A stretch of 64,000 bases of DNA from an uncultured delta proteobacterium (GTDB lineage Bacteria > Myxococcota_A > Polyangia > Haliangiales > Haliangiaceae): assembly GCA_963743525.1 (NCBI GenBank), contig CAVUQH010000004.1, positions 192,001 through 256,000 of the forward strand, in the 5' to 3' direction. Positions within the stretch are counted from its first letter, which is position 1, and every line of letters starts with the position of its first letter. Of the stretch, positions 9,291 to 18,706 are shown piece after piece. Both the position numbers and the translations under genes were made by a program. Below the pieces are notes generated by a model that saw nothing but the letters and a program-made list of their open reading frames with translations, was not told where the DNA came from and searched no databases.

Positions 9291-11459
9291 ATGAACTCTG
9301 ATCGTCCCGATCCCGCGCTCGCCGCCCAGCTGCGCTCCAACCCCCACCTGGCCAAGCTGGGCGACGACGACCTGGCGCGCATCGCCGCGTACATGACCGT
9401 CCGCGATGCGGTACCGGGCACGACGCTCATCGGCGAGGGCGAGTGCACCCGCGAGATCTTCGTCGTCGTCTCCGGCCAGGCCCGGCTCGAGCGCAGCGGC
9501 CTCGACCTGGGCAGCGCCGGCCCCGGCGATCTTTTCGGCGAGCTCGGCCTGCTGGTCGGTCGGCCCCGCGCCGCGTCGGTGATCGCCGCCTCGCCGATGC
9601 AGGTCGCGTCGCTGACCCTCGACGCCTACGACGCCCTGGCCGCCGCCGATCCCGCGCTGGCGCTGCGCCTCACCCGCGTGCTGGTCGACACCGTCGCCGG
9701 CCGCCTGGGCGAGATGACCGAGAGCGTCGGCGCCCTCCTGCGCGAGCGCTCGCTGCCCCGCCGCACCCACGTCACCGTGCAGATCGGTGACCGCGAGCTG
9801 CGCGTCCGCACCGGCACCCCGCTCGACGACCTCCTGCCGACCGAGATCGACGGCGAGCTGGTGGTCGGCGGGTTGATCGACCGGCGCGCCGCGTCGCTGT
9901 CGACCCCGCTCACCGCCGACTGCCAGGTCGAGCCGATCACCACCGCGCAGTGGGCCGGCCAGCGCAGCTTCCGCAACAGCCTGGCGCTGCTCCTGCTCGA
10001 GGCGGCCCACGACGTCGTCCCCGAGCTCGACGTCCACGTCGAGCACTCGGTCGGTTTCGCCCAGCGGATCGCGGTCAAGAACGGCGTCAACGCCGTCGAC
10101 TACGAAGCCCTGGCCGAGCGCATCGGCAACCGCATGCGCGAGCTGTGCGCCGAGGACTACCCACTGCGCGAAGAGCTGTGGACCGTCGACGAGGCCCGCG
10201 CCCACTTCGACGCCGCCGGCTGGCGCGCCACCCGCGCGCTGCTCGACACCTGGCGCGACCCGACCGTGATGATGGTCGCCTACGGCCACGTCTACGTCCT
10301 CGGCGGCTGGCCGCTGGTCCCGCGCACCGGCCTGCTCACCGGCTTCCAGCTCTTGTGCGACGAGCACGGCCTGCTCCTGGTCTACGGCCCGCGCGGCACC
10401 TCGCCCGACACCGAGCCCGCCGTCCTCGAGTCGATTGCCAGCGCCGCCCGGCAGGTGTCACGCAGCGCCGGCGCCATGATCCGCGCCCACGAACGCTGGC
10501 TCGGCACCCTGGGCATCAGCAGCGTCGGCGAGCTCAACCGCGCCTGCCTGCGCGGCGAAGTCTCCCAGGTGATCCGCGTCGCCGAAGGCTTCCACGAAAA
10601 GCGCTCCAGCATCATCGCCGACCGCATCCACGGGCGCGACCCGCGCGCCGGCATCGTCTGCATCGCCGGCCCGTCGTCGGCCGGCAAGACCACCTTCATC
10701 CGCCGCCTCGAAGTCCAGCTGCAAGTCAACGGCCTCAGCCCCGTGCGCCTGTCCCTCGACGACTACTACCGCGACCGCGAATCCACCCCGCGCGACGAGC
10801 AGGGCGAATACGACTTCGAAGCGTTCGAAGCCCTCGACCACCCGCGCCTGCGCAACCATCTGCAACACCTGCTCGCCGGCGACGAAGTACAAACCTCCCG
10901 CTTCGACTTCGTCTCCGGCCGCGCGATCCCCGACGGCGGCCGCCGCCTGCGCCTGCGCGAAAACGACGTCCTCATGCTCGAAGGGATCCACGCCCTCAAC
11001 CCCGACCTCCTCGACGACGTCGGCGCCGGCCGCACCTTCCGCATCTTCGTCTGCCCGCTGGCCCAGCTGCCGTTCGACCGCGCCACCCGCGTCCACGCCT
11101 CCGACGTCCGCCTGCTGCGCCGCATCGTCCGCGACCGCCACGGCCGCGGCACCACCGCCGCCGACACCATCCTCCGCTGGCCCTCCGTCCGCCGCGGCGA
11201 GCGCCGCCACATCTTCCCCTACCAGCACCACGCCGACGCCGTCTTCGACAGCTCCCTCATCTACGAGCTGTCAGTCCTCAAAGTCTACGCCGAGCGCTAC
11301 CTCCTCGAGGTCCCCCACCACAGCCCCGCCTACAGCACCGCCTTCCGCCTCCTCCAACTCACCGACCGCTTCGTGACCATCTACCCCGACCACGTCCCCC
11401 CGACGTCACTCCTGCGCGAGTTCATCGGCGGCAGCGGCTTCGACGCCTCGCACATGTAG
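9291..11459 (+). CDS. cNMP-binding domain fused to ThrRS-N-like/uridine kinase-family nucleoside kinase
   Basis: GDLFGELGLL..PRAASV (cNMP domain); GPSSAGKTT, LSLDDYY, EGIHALN, RRIVRD (Udk/PRK family). Confidence 0.85.
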   Translation: MNSDRPDPALAAQLRSNPHLAKLGDDDLARIAAYMTVRDAVPGTTLIGEGECTREIFVVVSGQARLERSGLDLGSAGPGDLFGELGLLVGRPRAASVIAASPMQVASLTLDAYDALAAADPALALRLTRVLVDTVAGRLGEMTESVGALLRERSLPRRTHVTVQIGDRELRVRTGTPLDDLLPTEIDGELVVGGLIDRRAASLSTPLTADCQVEPITTAQWAGQRSFRNSLALLLLEAAHDVVPELDVHVEHSVGFAQRIAVKNGVNAVDYEALAERIGNRMRELCAEDYPLREELWTVDEARAHFDAAGWRATRALLDTWRDPTVMMVAYGHVYVLGGWPLVPRTGLLTGFQLLCDEHGLLLVYGPRGTSPDTEPAVLESIASAARQVSRSAGAMIRAHERWLGTLGISSVGELNRACLRGEVSQVIRVAEGFHEKRSSIIADRIHGRDPRAGIVCIAGPSSAGKTTFIRRLEVQLQVNGLSPVRLSLDDYYRDRESTPRDEQGEYDFEAFEALDHPRLRNHLQHLLAGDEVQTSRFDFVSGRAIPDGGRRLRLRENDVLMLEGIHALNPDLLDDVGAGRTFRIFVCPLAQLPFDRATRVHASDVRLLRRIVRDRHGRGTTAADTILRWPSVRRGERRHIFPYQHHADAVFDSSLIYELSVLKVYAERYLLEVPHHSPAYSTAFRLLQLTDRFVTIYPDHVPPTSLLREFIGGSGFDASHM

Positions 11460-11639
11460 CGTCTCGAGCGTGCTGCATTCGTGCGGCTTGACAGGTTGGC
11501 GCATACGATATCCGTCAATGCGTCGTCCTCGTTCGTGCAGGAACGCCGACCGATGCCCCAAGTTGCGGCGGGGTCATTCAGTAGCCGAAAGAGAAACCAG
11601 CGTTTTGCTCGCGTCGTCTAGTGGGCGCGCTCGCGCCGG

Positions 11640-12218
11640 TCACCTTGCGGCAGCGCGAGCCTTCAGCTCGCGAACCAGATGCTCGTCCGGGGGGCACGTC
11701 TCCCGCGGCACGAACTTCGACGCCGCCGCTCGACAGCGCTCCGCGTCCAGAAAGATCCCGAACCCCAGCTGCGCGGGCGCATCCGGCCGCGTCCGGTAGC
11801 GCACCAGCACCTGGCGGTTGCCAAGAACCGTCTCGTACAACGGGCGCCCCGGCCGAGCCATGTAGCAGACGGGCACAACCAGACCAAGCTGGTCCGCCTT
11901 CGCCCGGTAGTTGCCGTTCTCGCCGAACAAGGTGAACCAGATCTCGTTGTCGGCCTGGTAGTGATACGGAATCGCCCATTCGCTCGATTCGAGCTCGACC
12001 TTCAGCGATCCGTCAACGCGCTCGTCCAGGCTCGGCCTGACACCGGCCTGCCACCGCGTACACACCCCGGCCTCGAGAACCCAAACTGGCCCACCACGGG
12101 TGAGCACCTGGGAAATCGCCAGCCGTGCGCGCGAGGTGCTCGCGAGCGGTCTAGGGCAGCCACATGCGCAGAAGAACGCAACTGCAATGAGCGACCCGCG
12201 GTTGATCGACGACATCAC
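11640..12218 (-). CDS. Hypothetical lipoprotein (tandem paralog A)
   Basis: Signal peptide with Cys; clearly similar to the adjacent upstream gene. Confidence 0.7.
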   Translation of the reverse strand: MMSSINRGSLIAVAFFCACGCPRPLASTSRARLAISQVLTRGGPVWVLEAGVCTRWQAGVRPSLDERVDGSLKVELESSEWAIPYHYQADNEIWFTLFGENGNYRAKADQLGLVVPVCYMARPGRPLYETVLGNRQVLVRYRTRPDAPAQLGFGIFLDAERCRAAASKFVPRETCPPDEHLVRELKARAAAR

Positions 12219-12255
12219 GACGGCACGAAGCTCCCGGGTTCGGATCGCGCGCCCA

Positions 12256-12814
12256 TCACCTTGCGTGGACCTTCAGCTCTTTGACCAGATGTTCGTGCGG
12301 GGAGCACTGCTTGCGGGACACGAACTTCGCCGCTGCCGCGCGGCAGCGCTCGGCATCCAGGAAGATCCCGAAGCCGAGCTTCACCGGCTCATCCGGCCTC
12401 GTCCGATAGCGCACCAGTACCTGCCGGTTGCCGAAGACAGTCTCGTAGTACGGATGGCCCGGCCGCGCGATGTAGCAGATCGGAACGATGATGCTGCGGG
12501 ACCCGTCTTCGTCGTAGACCCCCTTCTCTTCGACCACCGTAAACCCGAGCTCATCGCCGGGGTCGTAGAGGTACGAAATACCCCACTCGCTCGACTCGAA
12601 CTTCACCCACAGCGATCCGTTCGACGCGCTCGTCCTGACTCGGCCTGGCATTGGCCTGCCATTGCGTGCACACGCCTGCTTCCAGCACCCACACCTGTCC
12701 GCCGTGCGTAAGCACCCTCCCAATCGCCAGCGGCTCGGGGGATCTGTTCACGATGGGAGCGGGGCAACTGCACGCAGAAAGGAAGGCAATTGCAGCGAGA
12801 GGCACGTGATTCAT
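12256..12814 (-). CDS. Hypothetical lipoprotein (tandem paralog B), +1 frameshift at ~12620
   Basis: ORFs 12551-12814 and 12256-12723 join to match paralog A (VWVLEAGVCT, ESSEW, GNRQVLVRYRTRPD, GFGIFLDAERC). Confidence 0.7.
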
Positions 12815-12973
12815 CGACGACCTCGAGACACCTGGCCCGGCAGAGATGTTGCAGCAGCACAGAGTTTGGAGCGAGGTACAGGCTTCGTTCGCCGGCTTCG
12901 GCGGCGCGGGTCAGAAATCTGACCCGCGTATGCGATCGCGATCCGCGTTGCGGTGGTGGCATGATTCGGCGCC

Positions 12974-13465
12974 ATGAAGGGAGTCATCTCGGGGATCACG
13001 ATCGCCGTTGCGTTGGTCGCTGCGTGCGGGCCTTCGGCGAAGGAGGTCAAGCAGGCGCGGTCGGCGACGTATAGCTGTTCGGAGCAGCAGGTGTTCGAGG
13101 CGATGATCGGCGCGATGAAGGACCGGCACCTGCCGATTGCGCGCACGAACCCGGAGGCGGGGCTGGTCGTCAGCGACTATCGCTGGCACTCGAAGGACGG
13201 CGTGCCGAAGAAGAAGGGCGCCGCCGTGGTCGAGCCCGGCGACGTCGAGCTGGCGATCGTCGCGGCGATGAAGGGCGGCAGCGGTGCGCTCGAGGTGGTG
13301 GCGAAGCCGAGCGTGCTGTCTCAGGTGGTCGGCAGCCCGCGCGGCAACGAGCTCGACCCGAAGGATGCCGACTGGCCGGAGTGGGCGGACAGCAAGGTGG
13401 ATGTCTACATCGTGGACGTCTACAACCGGCTGAAGTCGTGCGCGAACGTGGCGCCGTCGAAGTAG
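12974..13465 (+). CDS. Hypothetical lipoprotein
   Basis: Lipobox LVAAC; coding-like GC3. Confidence 0.75.
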   Translation: MKGVISGITIAVALVAACGPSAKEVKQARSATYSCSEQQVFEAMIGAMKDRHLPIARTNPEAGLVVSDYRWHSKDGVPKKKGAAVVEPGDVELAIVAAMKGGSGALEVVAKPSVLSQVVGSPRGNELDPKDADWPEWADSKVDVYIVDVYNRLKSCANVAPSK

Positions 13466-13481
13466 CCGCGGCCTCCGGGGC

Positions 13482-14051
13482 TCATCGCGGCGCGACGATC
13501 TCGAGCGTCTGGCACGCCTGTTCCATGGCGGCCGCGATCTTCTGCCAGCTCGCCGGCACCGGGCCGGGGCCGTCCCAGGACCATCTCGCGAGGCAGTAGA
13601 AGGTCAGGCCCGACGACGCATCCGCGATCTTGCGGTCGATGATCACGCCTCGTTTGCCGGTCGGATCGGCGCACTCGTACTTGTTGACGCCGGGCTCGAT
13701 GGTTTCGTGGGATCGCCGGGCGTTGGCGTGGACGGCGAAGCCGACCAGTCCGCAGTGCGGAGGCGACCGCCGCTGGGCCGCCGGCTGCAACACCAGGCCG
13801 GCGTGAAATGACTGATCCACGGGGCGGCGTTCCTGGAACATGGAGACGACCGGCGGATCGATGATGTTGAACGGCTCGATGAACCGCGGCACGTGGACTC
13901 GCAGCGGGGGCACGCCGTCAACGCCGGTTACGTCGAAGGTCACCAGGTCACCCGGCTCGTTGGACGGTCGGGTCCGTTCGTGCTTCCGACAGGCTCCGAT
14001 CGCGGCGAACGACGCCAGCAGGCAGAGGAGCAACGTGCGCGATGGAGACAC
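13482..14051 (-). CDS. Hypothetical lipoprotein
   Basis: GTG start then hydrophobic stretch and IGAC lipobox; the upstream part of the tracked ORF overlaps another gene. Confidence 0.55.
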   Translation of the reverse strand: MSPSRTLLLCLLASFAAIGACRKHERTRPSNEPGDLVTFDVTGVDGVPPLRVHVPRFIEPFNIIDPPVVSMFQERRPVDQSFHAGLVLQPAAQRRSPPHCGLVGFAVHANARRSHETIEPGVNKYECADPTGKRGVIIDRKIADASSGLTFYCLARWSWDGPGPVPASWQKIAAAMEQACQTLEIVAPR

Positions 14052-14128
14052 GCTCGCAGTATGCCCTGACAGCCCGGTCGGAAGGCCAAGACTGGGCACG
14101 ATCCCGGGCCGTCTGCCCGCGCGGGAGG

Positions 14129-14674
14129 TCAGAACTGCACGACGTTGTCGAGATCGTCCACGGTCACCTGGCCCGAGAGCTCGAACGTGCCGGTCGCGCC
14201 GTTTCCCGTCCCGCCCGTCGCCACGTCCATGCTCGCGGGACCGAAAGCGAAGGTCGCCGTCGATCCGGATCGCGATTCCACGGTGATCGAGCCGGCTGTC
14301 GCGGTCCACTCGCGGAACCCTTCGCCCGGGCTCTCCTGATAGGCGAGCGTCGCATCCTCCGCGGACAGGTCGTACACCTTCCCCTCCGTCGGCTCGCTGC
14401 CCAGGTTGAGGACGAGCTGCCAGACCTTGCGCTGGGACTCGCCCACGGGCTCCAGGGCGAGCACGCCGATCGTCGCCGCACCGGTCGCCTGGTCCCGGGC
14501 GATCACCGCCACGTCCGTGGCCGGCAGCGGGTTCGTGTTGACGTTGGACTGGTCGGCGGCGGAGAACGATAGCTCGACGCTTCCTCCGCTCACAGGCGAG
14601 CCGTCGCTGCACCCGCAGGCGAGAACAGCGGGAAGCAGGAGTCCAAACCACAGCCGTTTGCATTCCATGGCCAC
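14129..14674 (-). CDS. Hypothetical lipoprotein
   Basis: Signal peptide ending LACGC; beta-rich mature part. Confidence 0.7.
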   Translation of the reverse strand: MAMECKRLWFGLLLPAVLACGCSDGSPVSGGSVELSFSAADQSNVNTNPLPATDVAVIARDQATGAATIGVLALEPVGESQRKVWQLVLNLGSEPTEGKVYDLSAEDATLAYQESPGEGFREWTATAGSITVESRSGSTATFAFGPASMDVATGGTGNGATGTFELSGQVTVDDLDNVVQF

Positions 14675-14855
14675 AGACTATTTCGATCGATGCCCGCCGA
14701 GGACGGAAAACCACGGCATAAGCACATCCTCTCTCTCATGACCATCGCGACGCTTGGCGATGCTCACAAGAAAAACCGGCGGCCGCGCCGAGGGGATGGC
14801 GGGCCGCCGGAGGAGGATGCCGCGCCCGAGGGGAGGCGCGGACCGGGCCGAGGAT

Positions 14856-15503
14856 TTAGAAGGCGTAGCCGAAGCGGACGTAGCCGTTGGGGAAGATCTT
14901 GTCGTAGCCGTCGAAGGCGTCGTTGTTGCTGGCGTTCCAGTTGCGGCCGACGCCGGCGGCGATGGCGATGTTGAGACCGCTGTCCCAGTACCAGTGGTAG
15001 CCGATGAGAACCTGCGGGCCGAAGACGGTGGTGCTGTTGTTGCCGGTGCTGCTGGCGGCGGTGCCGCTGCTGGTGCTGTTGTTGACCCACAGCTCCTGGA
15101 TGCTCAGGCCCGGCTCGACGAAGACGCCGGAGTACATCTTCTTGAAGTAGATCGGCGCGCCGGCGGCGAGCTCGAAGCCGTGGAACTCGCTGTCGACCGG
15201 ATTGTAGTAGTTGAGGTCACCGCGCAGGGCGACGTGGTCGCTGAACGCGTAGCTGGCCGAGATGCCGTACGAGCCGTAGATGAGGCCGACCGGGTTGGTC
15301 GAGATGTTGTACTTCTTGTAGGAGTACTTGTACTTGTTCTGGTCGCCGACCGGCACGAGCTGGTGATCGAGCTCCGAGACATCGCTCTTGCCGTTGGCCG
15401 TGGCGGGCGCGGGGGCGGGAGCGTCGGAGGGCTGAGCGTGGGCGGTGGCGAGGGTGGCGAACAGAACTGCGGGCAGGGACGCAAGAGCGAGTGTCTGTTT
15501 CAT
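14856..15503 (-). CDS. Small outer-membrane beta-barrel protein (DUF3575-like)
   Basis: Signal peptide, ISTNP motif, alternating aromatic strands, C-terminal YVRFGYAF. Confidence 0.8.
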   Translation of the reverse strand: MKQTLALASLPAVLFATLATAHAQPSDAPAPAPATANGKSDVSELDHQLVPVGDQNKYKYSYKKYNISTNPVGLIYGSYGISASYAFSDHVALRGDLNYYNPVDSEFHGFELAAGAPIYFKKMYSGVFVEPGLSIQELWVNNSTSSGTAASSTGNNSTTVFGPQVLIGYHWYWDSGLNIAIAAGVGRNWNASNNDAFDGYDKIFPNGYVRFGYAF

Positions 15504-15515
15504 GCCCGGCGGTAG

Positions 15516-15531
15516 AGCAAGGGGCGGACCA
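15516..15531 (-). promoter_or_regulatory. Putative sigma54 -24/-12 promoter
   Basis: TGGTCCGCCCCTTGCT (GG-N10-GC); the -12 C is 14 nt before ATG 15503. Confidence 0.5.
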
Positions 15532-15608
15532 ACTGCGCCGAGCCGGCACCGCGGAAAGGCAGGCCAGAGCCGGCAAGCTGCCGACATTCCGCGGACTCTC
15601 CGGCGTCT

Positions 15609-15742
15609 CATGCGACCCCGGTGGCGTCGCATGGCAGGGTTGGGCAGGTGTCAGGTTGCGTTGACACCTCCACACGCGGTCGAGTTTTCGACGCCACACT
15701 CTGACACACATGTCCGCATTTCGGGAAAATCCCCGGACATGT
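15609..15742. promoter_or_regulatory. Array of four inverted repeats upstream of the radical SAM operon
   Basis: CATGCGAC-N9-GTCGCATG; AGGTGTCA-N8-TGACACCT; GTCGA-N4-TCGAC; ACATGTCCG-N17-CGGACATGT. Confidence 0.6.
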
Positions 15743-17055
15743 TCGTTTCCGGCCAAGAGGCGGCGGCACACTACGGCAGAAACCAGGCTCAGGCGCTCGA
15801 GCTGATAGACGGTTACGAGAAGCTGCGTAATCACATTGGTCAGCGCCGAGGGCAAATTCGCGAGCAGCTCGACGCGGCGCGGCTGGAGCTGGCGCGAGCC
15901 TACCTCACCAGTCTGCAGCCGGAGTCGTTCGAGCGGGTCAAGGAGCTGACCGGCTTCCTCGGCTTCGAGCGGCGTGATCCACGTCTCGCCATGGAGCGGG
16001 AGAAGCACGTCCTCGAGGCGACGATCTCCCGCGTCGAGGCCGACGAGCGCTACCAGCAGCGCGAGATGCGGGTCGGCGCCGACGGCACGCTCACGCAGAA
16101 GCGCATCGAGACCGTCGAGATGCTGCAGCCGTGGCTGGACGAGTGCCAGAAGTTCGAGCAGCACGAGGGCTTCCTCGAGCTGGTCCAGGTCGGCTACGAC
16201 ACGCCGCAGTTCGATGGCAAATGGTGGCACTCCAGCTACTGGAAGCACTGGGCCGCCGGCGACCGCATCTGCAAGGCGCTGGAGCTGGACGACTTCGGCG
16301 ACGACGTGTTGCCGGCCTACCGCAAGGCGGCCGAGCAGCGCGGCTTCTGGCAGGGCGAGCTGGCGACCATCGACGGCCAGATCGGCGCCATCCACGACAT
16401 GGTCCGCCAGCGCGACGGCGCCGTTGCGCGCATTCCCCAGCTGCCCGAGATCTACCTCGATCAGTGCCAGCAGCAGCTGGGCGAATACCTGGAGGAGGCC
16501 GACCTGTCGCTGCTGGAGGACTGGTTGCGCGAGCGCGCCGCCGCCGATCACCCGATCCTCGCGGCGCTGCGCAAGCTGGCCGGGCTCAAGGCCAAGGACA
16601 GCTTCCTCGCCGAGCTGGTCGAGCAGGGGCTCAACGACTCCATCGGCCAGCTCCGCGGCCGGGCGCAGAAGTACCAGCGCAAGGTGCAGAAGTTCCTCCG
16701 GCCCAAGAACTACGGCCGGCGCTTCGGCGACCGCGACCTCGACACCAAGTTCGCCAACAAGGCGGCCAAGTACCAGCAGCGCCAGGCCAAGCTGCGGTCG
16801 ATGGTCGATCGGATCTACGCTTACGACGCCTACGATCGGTTCAGTCTGACCAACGACCCGGCGCTGTGGTGGATGGAGATCACCGGCCGGCAGCCGCCGC
16901 GGTTGATGCCCAACACCTGGCGCTGGTATCAGCGGCACCCGAACCTGGCGCCGAATCTGGATCCAGTGTTCGACGACGATGACGACGGCGTGGCCCAGGG
17001 CGTCGCGGTGGCCGCCGCCGCCCGCGATCTGGACGAGGTGGGGTACCTGTCGTGA
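15739..17055 (+). CDS. Hypothetical helical/coiled-coil protein
   Basis: 438 aa from ATG 15739, strong coding bias, GTGA coupling to the next gene. Confidence 0.8.
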   Translation: MFVSGQEAAAHYGRNQAQALELIDGYEKLRNHIGQRRGQIREQLDAARLELARAYLTSLQPESFERVKELTGFLGFERRDPRLAMEREKHVLEATISRVEADERYQQREMRVGADGTLTQKRIETVEMLQPWLDECQKFEQHEGFLELVQVGYDTPQFDGKWWHSSYWKHWAAGDRICKALELDDFGDDVLPAYRKAAEQRGFWQGELATIDGQIGAIHDMVRQRDGAVARIPQLPEIYLDQCQQQLGEYLEEADLSLLEDWLRERAAADHPILAALRKLAGLKAKDSFLAELVEQGLNDSIGQLRGRAQKYQRKVQKFLRPKNYGRRFGDRDLDTKFANKAAKYQQRQAKLRSMVDRIYAYDAYDRFSLTNDPALWWMEITGRQPPRLMPNTWRWYQRHPNLAPNLDPVFDDDDDGVAQGVAVAAAARDLDEVGYLS

Positions 17056-18706
17056 AGACCCTGCGGGTCGTCTCGTACGCGATCAACGGCCGCGGCATGG
17101 GCCACCTGGTGCGCCAGCTGTCGATCCTCCGCTGGGTCGAGCGAATCACGTCGCTCCTGGGCGTGCCGTGCGAGCGCTGGGTGCTGACCTCGTCGGAGGC
17201 CGACACGCTGGCCCGCCGCGAGGGGGTGTGCGCGTTCAAGATGCCGTCCAAGGCGATGATGCGCGACGCCCGCGTCGATCCCAGCCGCTACCTGGCGCTG
17301 GCGCGGGCGTGGACGCTCAACATCATTTCGGGACTGCAGCCGGACCTCTTGCTGGTCGACACCTTCCCCGGCGGCAGCTTCGGCGAGCTGATCGCGGCGC
17401 TGGAGATGGCGCCCAACCGCGTGTTGGTGGCGCGGCGGGTGCGCGAAGAGGTGGCGGGCGATCCGGCCTACGCGGCGCTGTTGCCGCTCTATCACGCGCT
17501 GCTCGAGCCGGACGAGCGCGGCACCGGACCGATCCTCATCCGCGAGCGCGAGGAGCTGTCTGTCGCGCGCCGACGCCCGCGCGGCGCTGGGCGCGGCGCC
17601 GGATGCGCGCCTCCTCTATCTGACCCTCGGCGGCGGCGGCGACGTCGCCGCGCCCCACGCCCTGCCCCGGCTGGCCGACCGGCTGGCCGAGCGCGGCTGG
17701 CACGTGGTGGTCGGCGCCGGACCGCTGTACCAGGGGCGCGAGCGGCGCGGCCCGAACATCACCTGGATCGATCGGTATGTGCCGATGGAGCTGTTCGCCG
17801 CCTTCGACGTGGCGGTGTCGGCCGGCGGCTACAACGCCTGGAGCGAGCTGATGTACTGCGGCGTGCCGACGGTGTTCGTGCCCCAACCGCGGATCAGTGA
17901 CGATCAGGCCGAGCGGGCGCGCCGCGCCGAGGCGGCGGGGGCCGCGCGGGTGGCCTCGTCCCTCGACGAGGTGTTGGAGTTGGTCGACGATCCCGGCGAC
18001 CCGGCGGCGGCGCGCGCGCTGGTGCCGCACAACGGCGCGCGGGCGGCGGCGCTGGCGGCGCTGGCGCCGGTGCTGCCCGAGGCCGACCTGGCGATGGCCG
18101 CGCGGGTGCTCAGCCCGCGCCTGATCGCGGCGACTCGCGGGCTCAGCGACGGCGGCGCCGAGAAGGCGCTCGAGATCGTGCGCATCCTCGCCGGCGGCAC
18201 GCCGCGCGAGATCGCCCACCGGCGAGCGCTGCTGGCCGAGCTGGCCGACCGCGGCGTCGACGTCGGCGCCGCCGACGACCTGGGCTCGGTAGAGCGAGTC
18301 GAGCGCTTCCTCGAGCTGGTGCGCACCAGCGGCGCGCCGCTCGATGGCGCCGTCGCCCTGCTCAAGGCCTTGCGGCGCAAGTTCCCGGCCGCCGGCAGCG
18401 GCGACCTGCTCGAAGCGGCGGTGGCGCTGTTCGGCGCGTGGGCCCGCTTCGGCGACTGGATGGGCGCGGTGTCGCTGATGCGCGCGGTGCCGATCCAGCG
18501 CGGCTTCGGCGTGCGCGCCTTTGCCGATGCCACCGCGTCGTGGCTGGCCGGCGAGGAGGATTCTGTTCGACGCCCTGCGCGTGTTCACGCGGCTCGAAGG
18601 CGGCGGCTCCCGGCCGATCGCCGAGGTGCTGCGGCTGCTCGCCCGCGGCGATGGCGGCGACGAGCCGCACGCCGACGACCGCGACCCGGCCGAGGCGGAG
18701 CTGTGA
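17052..18706 (+). CDS. GT-B fold glycosyltransferase-like protein (GT28/PseG-like) with C-terminal extension; +1 frameshifts at ~17559 and ~18561-18567
   Basis: YAINGRGMGHLVR, PDLLLVDTFP, LTLGGGG, AVSAGGYN..SE...GVP...DDQ..RA. Three frames join and end at a TGA overlapping the next GTG. Confidence 0.8.

Noticed and set aside
11488..11799. TTGACA promoter with a short + strand ORF
   Set aside because: No properly spaced -10 box, and the ORF lacks coding bias and runs antisense into a better-supported gene.
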